Positions 54,460-62,950 of a DNA stretch of 64,000 nucleotides are shown here, piece by piece (the first letter of the stretch is position 1; each line of letters starts with the position of its first letter). The DNA is from Planctomycetota bacterium (GTDB taxonomy: Bacteria > Planctomycetota > JAPUJT01). The position numbers and the translations under genes were made by a program. The stretch lies in NCBI GenBank assembly GCA_027296055.1, contig JAPUJT010000021.1, forward strand, positions 1,900 to 65,899, read 5' to 3'. Below the pieces are notes generated by a model. That model did not search any database, had not been told where the DNA came from, and was given only the letters and a program-made list of their open reading frames with translations.

Positions 54460-55497
54460 GTGCCCGGGAGAATTCTGGTACGCGCTGACGCTAGCACCCG
54501 GATAGGAACGGGGCATCTGATGCGCTGTCTGGCGCTGGCTCAGGGCTGGCGCGAGCAGGGAGGGGAGGCCACGTTTCTCCTCCGGGCCGGCGCGCCATCG
54601 ATCGAGGCAAGGCTGCAGTCGGAGGGCCTCGCGGTTCGCCGCCTGGCCGCCGGGGCGGCCGGCCCGGAGGATGCGGCGGAGACGGCTTCCGTGGCCCGTG
54701 AGCTCGAGGTGGCCTGGGTTGTCGTCGATGGGTACTCGTTCGACAGCGATTTCCAGGAGACGTTGAAGAAGGACGGGCAGAAGGTCCTCTGGGTGGACGA
54801 CTACGGCCACACGGGGAACTACCCGGCCGACATCATCCTCGACCAGAACATCGATTCCGACCCCGACCTCTACTCCCGGAGGGCCGCGGGCTCGAAGCTC
54901 CTCATCGGCACTCGCTATGTTCTCCTGCGGCGCGAATTCTGGCCGTTGCAGACCTGGAGGCGAGAGAACCCTGAGCGCGCCCGACGTCTCCTCGTGACCC
55001 TGGGAGCCGGGGATCACGGTGCTGTCACGGGAAAGGTCATCTCGGGAATAGGTCTTCTTGACGATCCGGATCTGGAGACGACCGTGGTCGTCGGAGGGGA
55101 GAATCCACATCGTGAGGCCATCGAGGAGGCCGGGCGATCCTCCGGGCGCGCTATCCGGGCCGCCTCCGACGTTCGGGACATGTCGGATCTCATGACCCGG
55201 TCGGACATCTGTGTCTCTGCCGGAGGGACCACCTGCTGGGAGCTGAGCTTCCTGGGACTTCCGAGCTTGATCATCGAGGTGGCGGACAACCAGAGGAGGC
55301 TGGCGCGGGGTCTGGAGAAGGCCGGCGCGGCCTCGAGTCTGGGGTGGCACGAATCCTGTTCGGCGAAGGATATCGCCAGAGGTCTGGAGGCCCTGATTCA
55401 CGATGCCGCGGGTCGAGAGAAGATGTCCCGCGTCGGACGAGAGCTGGTGGACGGTGACGGCGTCTCCCGCGTCGTTCGCGCCATGCGAGGAGACTGA
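54460..55497 (+). CDS. pseG: PseG-like UDP-sugar hydrolase (GT28/MurG-like fold)
   Basis: ILVRADASTRIGTGHLMRCLALA is the typical PseG N-terminus. C-terminus ICVSAGGTTCWEL. GTG 54460 lies 1 nt after the pseF stop. Confidence 0.7.
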   Translation: MPGRILVRADASTRIGTGHLMRCLALAQGWREQGGEATFLLRAGAPSIEARLQSEGLAVRRLAAGAAGPEDAAETASVARELEVAWVVVDGYSFDSDFQETLKKDGQKVLWVDDYGHTGNYPADIILDQNIDSDPDLYSRRAAGSKLLIGTRYVLLRREFWPLQTWRRENPERARRLLVTLGAGDHGAVTGKVISGIGLLDDPDLETTVVVGGENPHREAIEEAGRSSGRAIRAASDVRDMSDLMTRSDICVSAGGTTCWELSFLGLPSLIIEVADNQRRLARGLEKAGAASSLGWHESCSAKDIARGLEALIHDAAGREKMSRVGRELVDGDGVSRVVRAMRGD

Positions 55498-55580
55498 GGG
55501 TCCCGTCTTCGCCGCTCCGTCTGTCATGGGGTCGGGCCGCCCGCTATCATGGCGTTCGATCGAGGAGAGGAGTTGCGCTC

Positions 55581-56066
55581 ATGCTGACACTTCGCCCCTA
55601 CACGCCGGATGACCTCGAACGGCTGCTGGCCTGGCGCAACGACCCGGCCACCCGAGCGATGTCCCGCCAGGGTCATGAGGTATCCCGAGATGAGCACGCC
55701 GCCTGGATGGAGGCGACGCTTCAGGATCCGAAGCGGGTCCTCCTGGTGATCGATGAGGATGGAGTCCCCAAGGGAACCGCTCGGCTGGACGTCGAGGACG
55801 GAATGGAGGCGGAGGTGAGCATCACCGTGGCCCCGGAGGCGCGAGGCGTGGGGCTGGGGTTCAAGGCGTTGCAACTCGCCTGCGACCACGCCTTCGATCA
55901 GATGGGAGTACGGGAGATCCGGGCCGAGATCCGCGCGGAGAATACCGCTTCGATCCAGATATTCACCCGGGCCGGATTCGTCCACGAAGGGGAGTCGGAG
56001 GGCTTCGGGCGCTATCGCCTGAGACCGCCGTCCGATGGCGAGCCCGACCCTGAGGGGGAGCGGTGA
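55581..56066 (+). CDS. pseH: GNAT N-acetyltransferase (PseH-like)
   Basis: 161-aa GNAT with ...RGVGLGFKAL (acetyl-CoA-binding Q/RxxGxG/A). Its position between pseG and pseI supports the call. Confidence 0.6.
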   Translation: MLTLRPYTPDDLERLLAWRNDPATRAMSRQGHEVSRDEHAAWMEATLQDPKRVLLVIDEDGVPKGTARLDVEDGMEAEVSITVAPEARGVGLGFKALQLACDHAFDQMGVREIRAEIRAENTASIQIFTRAGFVHEGESEGFGRYRLRPPSDGEPDPEGER

Positions 56067-57118
56067 CGGCGACGCTGACGATCCCGGGACGAACGATCGG
56101 GACGGGCCATCCCGTCTATGTCGTGGCTGAGATGTCCGGGAACCATCATCAGAGCTTCGACCGGGCCGTGCAGATCGTCCGCGCGGCGAAGGAGGCCGGG
56201 GCGGATGCGATCAAGCTTCAGACCTACACTGCCGATACGCTGACCATCCAATCCGACAAGGAGTATTTCCGGATAGGCAAGGGCACGATCTGGGAGGGAA
56301 AGACCCTCTACGATCTGTATGGCGAGGCCTACACGCCTTGGGAATGGCAGCCGAAGCTGAGAGACGTGGCGAACGACCTTGGCCTCGACTGTTTTTCCAG
56401 TCCGTTCGATGCCTCTGCCGTCGAGTTCCTCGAGGAAATGGGAGCGTCTCTCTACAAGATCGCCTCCTTCGAGATCGTCGATCTCCCTCTTCTCCGGTGT
56501 GTGGGGGAAAAGCGCAAGCCCGTGATCGTTTCGACCGGGATGGCGACGCTCCCCGAGATTGAAGACGCGGTGCGCACCTTGCGGGAGGCGGGTGCCGCGG
56601 GCGTGGCCCTCCTGAAGTGCACCAGCGCCTATCCGGCCCCACCGGAAGAGATGAACCTCCAGACGATCCCACACCTGTCGCACAAGTTCGACTGCCCGGC
56701 CGGACTCTCTGACCACACGCTCGGCACGACCGTGCCGGTCGCGGCCGTCGCCCTGGGGGCCTCGATCGTGGAGAAGCACTTGACCCTGTCCCGAGAAACC
56801 CCCGGGCCGGACAGCGCCTTTTCTCTGGAGCCGGAGGAGTTCAGTGAGATGGTGAATGCGATCCGCACCGTCGAGAAGGCCCTCGGTGAAGAGCGATATC
56901 AGCCGACGGAGCGGGAGAAGGCGAGTGTAGTCTTTCGTCGCTCGCTCTTCGTTGTCAAGGACATCAAGGGCGGAGAGATTCTCAACAAGGAAAACGTGCG
57001 GTCGATCCGTCCAGGTTACGGCCTTCCCCCGAAACATCTGGATGAAGTCCTGGGCCGGCGCGCGGCGAAAGATCTCGAAGCAGGCACCCCGCTTGGCTGG
57101 GATGGGATAGCCCCATGA
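56063..57118 (+). CDS. pseI: Nonulosonic (pseudaminic/legionaminic) acid synthase, NeuB family with SAF domain
   Basis: VVAEMSGNHHQSFDRA...AGADAIKLQTY, FSSPFD, KIASFE, and a C-terminal SAF-like VKDIKGGEIL..NVRSIRPG. GTGA overlap with pseH. Confidence 0.85.
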   Translation: MTATLTIPGRTIGTGHPVYVVAEMSGNHHQSFDRAVQIVRAAKEAGADAIKLQTYTADTLTIQSDKEYFRIGKGTIWEGKTLYDLYGEAYTPWEWQPKLRDVANDLGLDCFSSPFDASAVEFLEEMGASLYKIASFEIVDLPLLRCVGEKRKPVIVSTGMATLPEIEDAVRTLREAGAAGVALLKCTSAYPAPPEEMNLQTIPHLSHKFDCPAGLSDHTLGTTVPVAAVALGASIVEKHLTLSRETPGPDSAFSLEPEEFSEMVNAIRTVEKALGEERYQPTEREKASVVFRRSLFVVKDIKGGEILNKENVRSIRPGYGLPPKHLDEVLGRRAAKDLEAGTPLGWDGIAP

Positions 57119-58950
57119 CGGAGAGGGTCTGCTTCCTCCGGGAAAAGGACCAGGTCCTCACCCTGGCGTCACAGCCCGGACGCCTACTGGAAACCTCGCG
57201 GCTCATCTCGGTGGATCTCGATGCTTCCGCCGCCCTGGAGGACCTCGACCTGGAATACGAGGAGCTCTGGGATCGGCTGGACCTGGACGAGCTCCGGGCC
57301 CTGGAGGAGAAGGCGTACGACCTGACCGATTCCTGGTACCGGAGAGGCGAACCCCGCCTTCCGGAATGGCTCGTCGAGGTTTTGCCCCTGGATCGGGTGA
57401 CGTGGTGCGGCGTGTTCAGGGATGCCCTCCTGGCGAGGAAGCTCTTCGAGCGGGTCGTGACGACGGAGGTGGGGGAAATCTGCCTCTGCACCCCTCATCG
57501 GGGCGGGTCTCCGTTCGCCTCCTCCAACGATGTGCCCGACGCCGTGTGGGCATTCCAGGCCCAGCAGACGGGCCTGGACTTGCGCCTGGTTCCTCGCCGG
57601 TCCTCCAGCAAGCACAGCCGATGGCAGCGATACGCGAGAGAGATGGATCGGCTGCTGACGGCGCCCAGGAGAATCGTCGAGGGAGTGCTCCACACGACGC
57701 AATCTCGGTCTCTCGGAGAAGGCCCGATCCTCTTCTATGCGAGTCCGGGGGAACGGAAGAGATACGCCGGGATTTGCCGGGCCCTCAAGAAGATCCTGGG
57801 GAATCGATTCCTGGCCCTCACGCGCGGTCGCAGAGGCCAGTCTGGCGAAGGGGTCTTCCGGACTCTCGAGAGCTTCACGGGAAGGATTTCGAGTCGTTCA
57901 CCCGGGGAGGAACTCCAGCTCGCAGAGCTCCCCGTGGCGGAGGAATACCCGTACCTCTTTCGCAACGAGCATCTCTTCACGTATTTCGATCACCATCGGA
58001 AGAGCCGGTGGCCGAAAACCTCCTCCCTCCTGACCCATCTCGACCGGTTCATCCGGGAGATTCAACCGGCCGCCGTGCTCGTCACGGACTCGTCCTATTA
58101 CTACCAGAACGCGATCTGCCTGGCGTCCAGGAAGCGGAACGTACCCGTCGTCGCCGTCCCCCACTCCACCACCCCCGGCGTGTTCCCCCTACGTCTGCGA
58201 GCGGACGCCGCGTTCGCCTGGACGGAGGCCTATCGGCAAACGTTCATCAGGGACGGCTTGCCTGATGACCGGGTGTTCCTGGTTGGGGTGCCTGCAGATC
58301 TGCTTCGTGGCGCCTACTCCTCGAGGGTCGACTCGCGCCGGTCTTCGGGCGACCCGGAAAGGCGGACGGTACTGGTGCTCTCTGCCGGAACCAAGCGAGG
58401 TCTTCTGCCCTTCACCGATCTGTCCACCTATCCCGCCATGGTCAAGGAGCTCGTCACCATTCCGGAGGACCTTCGAGATCGCGTCGATGTCTGCTGGAAG
58501 TGCCACCCGAACAACGATCACTTCGAATTTTATCAGGTGGTTGCGCGAAAGGCCGGCGCATCGAACGTGCGGATCGTTCGAACCGAGCCGCTCGAGGCGC
58601 TGGTGAACCAGGCGGATGTCGTGGTCCTGCCGACGACGCCGACCTCTTCCTATCTTGCCGCGCTGTTTGCCGACAAGCCGATCGTGTTCTGTAACGGCGG
58701 TCAGGTAGGAACGGAACTCTTTCAACCCGCGGACGAGCAGGGTTGCGTCGTCATAGACGATGTCTCCGGCATCTGGCCGGCGATCCGGCGGCTCCTCTTC
58801 GAGGACGAGTACCGGGAATCACTCCTCGCGCGGGCCCGCGCCTTTCGGGAGGAGTTCGCCGGAGAGTCTGACCTGCAACCGGCCGACAGGATTGCCGAGA
58901 AGATGAACCAGCGCCTCGACGAGCTAGCGCTCAGTTCCACGACGCGGTAG
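57115..58950 (+). CDS. Unknown 611-aa protein, GT-B-like two-Rossmann layout; candidate nonulosonate transferase
   Basis: ATGA overlap with the pseI stop. Two alpha/beta halves, AAVLVTDSSYYYQNAICLASRKRNVPVVAVPHS and TVLVLSAGT...ADVVVLPTTPTSSYLAALFADKPIVF. No family recognised with certainty. Confidence 0.45.
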   Translation: MTERVCFLREKDQVLTLASQPGRLLETSRLISVDLDASAALEDLDLEYEELWDRLDLDELRALEEKAYDLTDSWYRRGEPRLPEWLVEVLPLDRVTWCGVFRDALLARKLFERVVTTEVGEICLCTPHRGGSPFASSNDVPDAVWAFQAQQTGLDLRLVPRRSSSKHSRWQRYAREMDRLLTAPRRIVEGVLHTTQSRSLGEGPILFYASPGERKRYAGICRALKKILGNRFLALTRGRRGQSGEGVFRTLESFTGRISSRSPGEELQLAELPVAEEYPYLFRNEHLFTYFDHHRKSRWPKTSSLLTHLDRFIREIQPAAVLVTDSSYYYQNAICLASRKRNVPVVAVPHSTTPGVFPLRLRADAAFAWTEAYRQTFIRDGLPDDRVFLVGVPADLLRGAYSSRVDSRRSSGDPERRTVLVLSAGTKRGLLPFTDLSTYPAMVKELVTIPEDLRDRVDVCWKCHPNNDHFEFYQVVARKAGASNVRIVRTEPLEALVNQADVVVLPTTPTSSYLAALFADKPIVFCNGGQVGTELFQPADEQGCVVIDDVSGIWPAIRRLLFEDEYRESLLARARAFREEFAGESDLQPADRIAEKMNQRLDELALSSTTR

Positions 58951-58957
58951 TCGGCCC

Positions 58958-60664
58958 CTACACGGGGGACCAGCTCTCCCGGACGACCCCTTCCTGATCG
59001 TACCAGACACGATCCTTCTGGCGGCTCCGCTCGAGGACGCCTCGAAAGAGGTCCTTTCCCTCCGTGTCGAGGCGGCTCTTTCCCAGAACCGCGAGGAAGA
59101 AGCGAAGCCGGTCGGAGGTTCCGATCCAGGAGGGGACCGTCGCGTTCAGCTGGGCAAGGTTCTCGAGACGGAGCTTGAGGGGGACCTGGGCGCGAAGGCT
59201 GAGATCCTCGAGGTCGAGAAACGTGAAGCCCCACGCGGACCGGGCCCCGTGGACGAGGACGTTGCAGGACTTGAGATCAGCGTGATACAGGCCCGCCTCG
59301 TGCATGTCTCGGAGGGTTAGCGCAAACAAGCTCAGCATCGAACGCAGCGCCTCATGCCGCGCGGGCCCTTCGGCCACGCGGCAAAGCGCTCTGTCCATCT
59401 CCACCGCGTCGGGGATCGGCGCCATGATGAGAACGGAGTCGAACGGCATGCCCCGCCAAGCCCTATCGGCAACTCCGATGATCGGGGGGGCACCGAGCCC
59501 CTTGCCTCTCAGGGCCTCCGCATGCTTCCACGCGCGAACTGCCCGGGAGCCACTGATGAGGGAGTGGAGCGAATCGGCCAGACCGCCGCTCCTGTAATGC
59601 TTCACGATGATCTCGCCGTCCGGATCCGGGAGTCGGGCGACGCGGCCCTTGTGACCCTCGCGCAGGATCCGGATGCCTCCTCTCTCGAGTGATGTCTGGT
59701 ACCGATCCACGATCCTCCGCACCCTCTCTGATTCTCCCGTACGGACGGTGAGTTCGAGTGGGGATCGATCGTTGGAGGAGTGTCCGTCTCCATCGATCCG
59801 ACTGCGGCCAGGTCTCGAAAAATAGCTTCTCGGGATGAGACGCCAGGTCTTGAGGCTGAAGGGCCATGTCCGGACCGCTTTTCCGAGCGTGTGTCGGCCT
59901 TCCTCGGTCTCACCGAGGGCCAGTTGGTGCTTTCCGACACTCGCCTGCAGGTAGGCCATGCGGCGACGGGCGGCCCACCTGGGGATCCTGTCCGGGTCAT
60001 CGTAGCGGCCGATGAGGTCGACGTAGATTTTCCGGCTCTGGAGGACGTCGCGGCTCTTGCCGCCCGGGTGATGCCGGTAAATCGCCAGGGGGCTGGGGAT
60101 GTATCCGAGGGGAAACGCCCTGGCCAGGCGGAGCCAGAGATCGAGGTCCTGGTTGATGGGGAGGTCCGGATCGAATCTGCCGACGTTGTCGAAGCAATCC
60201 CTGCGGACCATCACCGTCGAGGTGCGGACGAAATTCTTCTCCCACACCTCTCGGAAGACATGGCCCGAACGGCCCTCGCGCGTGCGCAGGAATTCCCTCC
60301 CCCCTTCGAGCTTCCAGTAGGAGGAGGCAAGCCATGCGTACTCGGGCCGGCCGCGGAGGAAGGAGACCTGGACCTCCGTCTTCATGTCGATCCAGAGGTC
60401 GTCCGAATCGAGGAAGGCGATCCAACTCCCTCGGGACTCTTCAATGCCGAGGTTTCTCGCGCTGGCAGACCCGCCCTGCTCCTTCCGGATGACACGGATC
60501 CGTTTCCCGAATCGACGGAGCCGATCCGATGTGTCGTCGGTGGAGCCGTCATCGATCACGAGGATCTCTCGGTCACGGAACGTCTGACGAAGGGCGCTCT
60601 CGACAGCGTCTTCGATGAAGCTCGCCCGATTGTGTGTCGGAATGACGATGCTTACCTCGGGCAT
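58958..60664 (-). CDS. Fusion of a GT2 glycosyltransferase and an LPS-kinase (Kdo/WaaP-family) domain
   Basis: N-terminus VSIVIPTHNRASFIEDAVESALRQTF..ILVIDDGSTDDT...FLDSDDLW (GT2 DxD). C-terminus LYHADLKSCNVLVH...FTFLDLEDL (HxDLKxxN and D-L-D kinase motifs). Confidence 0.75.
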   Translation of the reverse strand: MPEVSIVIPTHNRASFIEDAVESALRQTFRDREILVIDDGSTDDTSDRLRRFGKRIRVIRKEQGGSASARNLGIEESRGSWIAFLDSDDLWIDMKTEVQVSFLRGRPEYAWLASSYWKLEGGREFLRTREGRSGHVFREVWEKNFVRTSTVMVRRDCFDNVGRFDPDLPINQDLDLWLRLARAFPLGYIPSPLAIYRHHPGGKSRDVLQSRKIYVDLIGRYDDPDRIPRWAARRRMAYLQASVGKHQLALGETEEGRHTLGKAVRTWPFSLKTWRLIPRSYFSRPGRSRIDGDGHSSNDRSPLELTVRTGESERVRRIVDRYQTSLERGGIRILREGHKGRVARLPDPDGEIIVKHYRSGGLADSLHSLISGSRAVRAWKHAEALRGKGLGAPPIIGVADRAWRGMPFDSVLIMAPIPDAVEMDRALCRVAEGPARHEALRSMLSLFALTLRDMHEAGLYHADLKSCNVLVHGARSAWGFTFLDLEDLSLRAQVPLKLRLENLAQLNATVPSWIGTSDRLRFFLAVLGKSRLDTEGKDLFRGVLERSRQKDRVWYDQEGVVRESWSPV

Positions 60665-60747
60665 GGCGGCATTATATCAGAAGGGGTTGGCTCGAAGGGA
60701 CGGGTGAGGGGTTGAACGAATTGCATCGGGGGCCTATCCTCCCTCGC

Positions 60748-61020
60748 ATGATCCGTCGACGACTCATTGTTCGGGGGCGGGTCCAGGGCGTCTTCTATCG
60801 GGCGACGGCGCGGGAGGAGGCGAGACGGCTCGGGCTTGTCGGATGGGTCCGGAACCTGTCCGATGGAGGAGTGGAGATCATGGTCGAGGGGGCCGCGGCG
60901 GCGATCGAGGCCCTGATCGACTGGTCCCGGAGGGGTCCCCCCCACGCACGAGTCGATGCCCTGGACATAGAAGAGGAGGAGCCTCTCGGAGATGGCTCCT
61001 CCTTTGAAATCCGGTACTGA
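60748..61020 (+). CDS. acyP: Acylphosphatase
   Basis: LIVRGRVQGVFYRATAREEARRLGLVGWVRNLSDGGVEIMVEG is the acylphosphatase signature (VxGxVQGVxFR, GWVxN). Confidence 0.85.
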   Translation: MIRRRLIVRGRVQGVFYRATAREEARRLGLVGWVRNLSDGGVEIMVEGAAAAIEALIDWSRRGPPHARVDALDIEEEEPLGDGSSFEIRY

Positions 61021-61031
61021 AGTCTCAGCGG

Positions 61032-62240
61032 TTACTCTGCGCGGACGCTCTCATCTAACTCTTGCCGCCAGAACTCCAGCTCCTTCTCTTCTTCCTCACT
61101 CCGGACGGCGATGCCCTCGAGTCGCCGGATGGCGTTACGTACGAGAACTTCGCGGGGGGGGTGGATGATCTTGTCCATCTGAGCGCGGAAAGCGGCGTTA
61201 TCGTCCTCGGCTGATTCGTGACGTTCGGCGGTCTCCTCGACGTCACGGAAGCGGCTCACCTTGTCGGTACCTCCAGTGCGTCCCTTCGTCTTCGGCACCT
61301 GAACGGCGTGGTTGTGTTCCAGCTTCATCGCCGGGAGGGAAAGCTTTGCCTCCGTTGCCTCGAGGGCGCTCTGGATCTCGCTCGAGATTTTCGCCTGTTC
61401 GGCTATTTCCGCCATGATCGCGGCGTGTGCCTCGGCTCCGAGCTGAGAGGCATCGGGAGAAGAGACGAGCGTGGAGCCGACCCGCAGTGTGCCCGTCGGG
61501 ACGCCCGGGTCGATCGGGACCTCCGCCTGGCAGACGGCACAGAATCGAGTGGCGTCATGATCGTGACCGACGACCCCGGATTCCACGGAGCATGTTCTGT
61601 CGAACTTGGTAGTGAAATGGAAGTGGTTCTTGGAGGGACGTCCTGTCGTCGGATCGCGTTGCGCTTCCACCCGGCAAACGGAGCAGAAGGTCGTCTTTCC
61701 GTGGACGTGATCCGGGGAGACTTCCGCCGTTTCCGTTGCCACGCGCCCTCCTGCGGGGCTCTTCATCATGCGGCGCAGGACCTCGATCTTGCACTCCTCC
61801 TCCGGGCAGTAGACGGTCCATCGGTGGTGATGGTCACCCGGGTCCCCTGCGGACTCGGGCTTGGGATCGATCCGGATGTCGATCTTGCAGACGGGACACC
61901 ACTCGGTCTCGCCGTGAAGGTGACCCCTGACGGCCCACCGCTCCACGTCATCGGTCCAGACGGCGGAACGCCCACAGGCGTCACACCATCGGTCCATGTC
62001 GTGAGAATGGTCCGTGGCAGATACACGGGCTCGACACGCCTTGCAGTAGGTGGTGAGATCGTGGGCATGTCCCTCCGGAGGCCAGGCCACGTCCGCCCCG
62101 CAACCGGAGCAGTAGTAGGTGCGACCGTCCGCATTGGGCTTCGACGGGGTCTCTTCGGAGTAGGAGGTCGCCTCCGCGCCGCCGCAAGCGGCCAGGAGGG
62201 AGGTGGCCAGACAGAACAGACCGATTCTGAAAGCTCGCAA
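61032..62240 (-). CDS. Lipoprotein with 6-8 H-x-H-x5-C-x2-C repeats and a C-terminal coiled-coil-like tail; unknown family
   Basis: In-frame TTG 62240 follows GGAGGG and gives the signal/lipobox RAFRIGLFCLATSLLAACGG. Repeats are HAHDLTTYCKAC, HSHDMDRWCDAC, HLHGETEWCPVC, HHHRWTVYCPEEEC, HVHGKTTFCSVC and HDHDATRFCAVC, plus degenerate copies. The longest ORF start is 62462. Confidence 0.6.
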   Translation of the reverse strand: MRAFRIGLFCLATSLLAACGGAEATSYSEETPSKPNADGRTYYCSGCGADVAWPPEGHAHDLTTYCKACRARVSATDHSHDMDRWCDACGRSAVWTDDVERWAVRGHLHGETEWCPVCKIDIRIDPKPESAGDPGDHHHRWTVYCPEEECKIEVLRRMMKSPAGGRVATETAEVSPDHVHGKTTFCSVCRVEAQRDPTTGRPSKNHFHFTTKFDRTCSVESGVVGHDHDATRFCAVCQAEVPIDPGVPTGTLRVGSTLVSSPDASQLGAEAHAAIMAEIAEQAKISSEIQSALEATEAKLSLPAMKLEHNHAVQVPKTKGRTGGTDKVSRFRDVEETAERHESAEDDNAAFRAQMDKIIHPPREVLVRNAIRRLEGIAVRSEEEEKELEFWRQELDESVRAE

Positions 62241-62481
62241 GATGGATCCCTCCGGATGGGAGACGGCTATCCGCCGCACCTCCAGGTGCTGCGTCGTGAG
62301 CCGGCTGCCGTGGTCACTCGGGCTCTGGAGGGGAATATTATAGCCGTTGACGGGCCGCACGGAAGTGGGCCCTTGATCAGAGGACGGGAGGGGTGATAGG
62401 CTCTCCGCCCCTCCCCTCAGGTCGGGCACAGGCGACGCGAGGGGCTCTCCACGTGCCTCCACTCACTGAGGAGCTATCCGG

Positions 62482-62943
62482 TTGGATCTCCCGAGTCTCT
62501 TCAGGTTTGTCCCCCTGGCCCTCGGCGCCATGGCGGCGGTGGCCGGCATAGCCATTCACATGCAGGCGAAGAGGAAGAGGGGTCAGGCTGTCGAGCAGGC
62601 CCTCACCCGAGGGGACCGCACCCTGCTGACGGATTCCGAGGCGCGCTTCGAGGGTCTCAAGTCGGGCCGGGCCGAGATGTCACGCGGGCGTCGCGGCAGG
62701 GGCGCGCTGATCCTGACCGACAGGATGGTGATCTACGAGGAGTTTCTACCGACCTACAAGCTGGAGATCACTTTCAAGCAGATCCGGGCCGTCGAGACAA
62801 GCGCGACGTTTCTCGGCAAGCAGAGGGGTAGCACCGTGCTCATCCTTCACTTCACCGATTCCCACGGACAGGTGGCGGACGTGGGCTTCTCCCCCATCAA
62901 TCCTGACTCGTGGGCTATGCAGATCCGCAGGCTGATCTCTTAG
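62482..62943 (+). CDS. Membrane-anchored small protein with GRAM/PH-like C-terminal domain
   Basis: TTG start and an N-terminal TM helix FVPLALGAMAAVAGIAI. ...GALILTDRMVIYEEF...ITFKQIRAVE... resembles bacterial PH/GRAM folds. Confidence 0.4.
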   Translation: MDLPSLFRFVPLALGAMAAVAGIAIHMQAKRKRGQAVEQALTRGDRTLLTDSEARFEGLKSGRAEMSRGRRGRGALILTDRMVIYEEFLPTYKLEITFKQIRAVETSATFLGKQRGSTVLILHFTDSHGQVADVGFSPINPDSWAMQIRRLIS

Positions 62944-62950
62944 GAATGTG

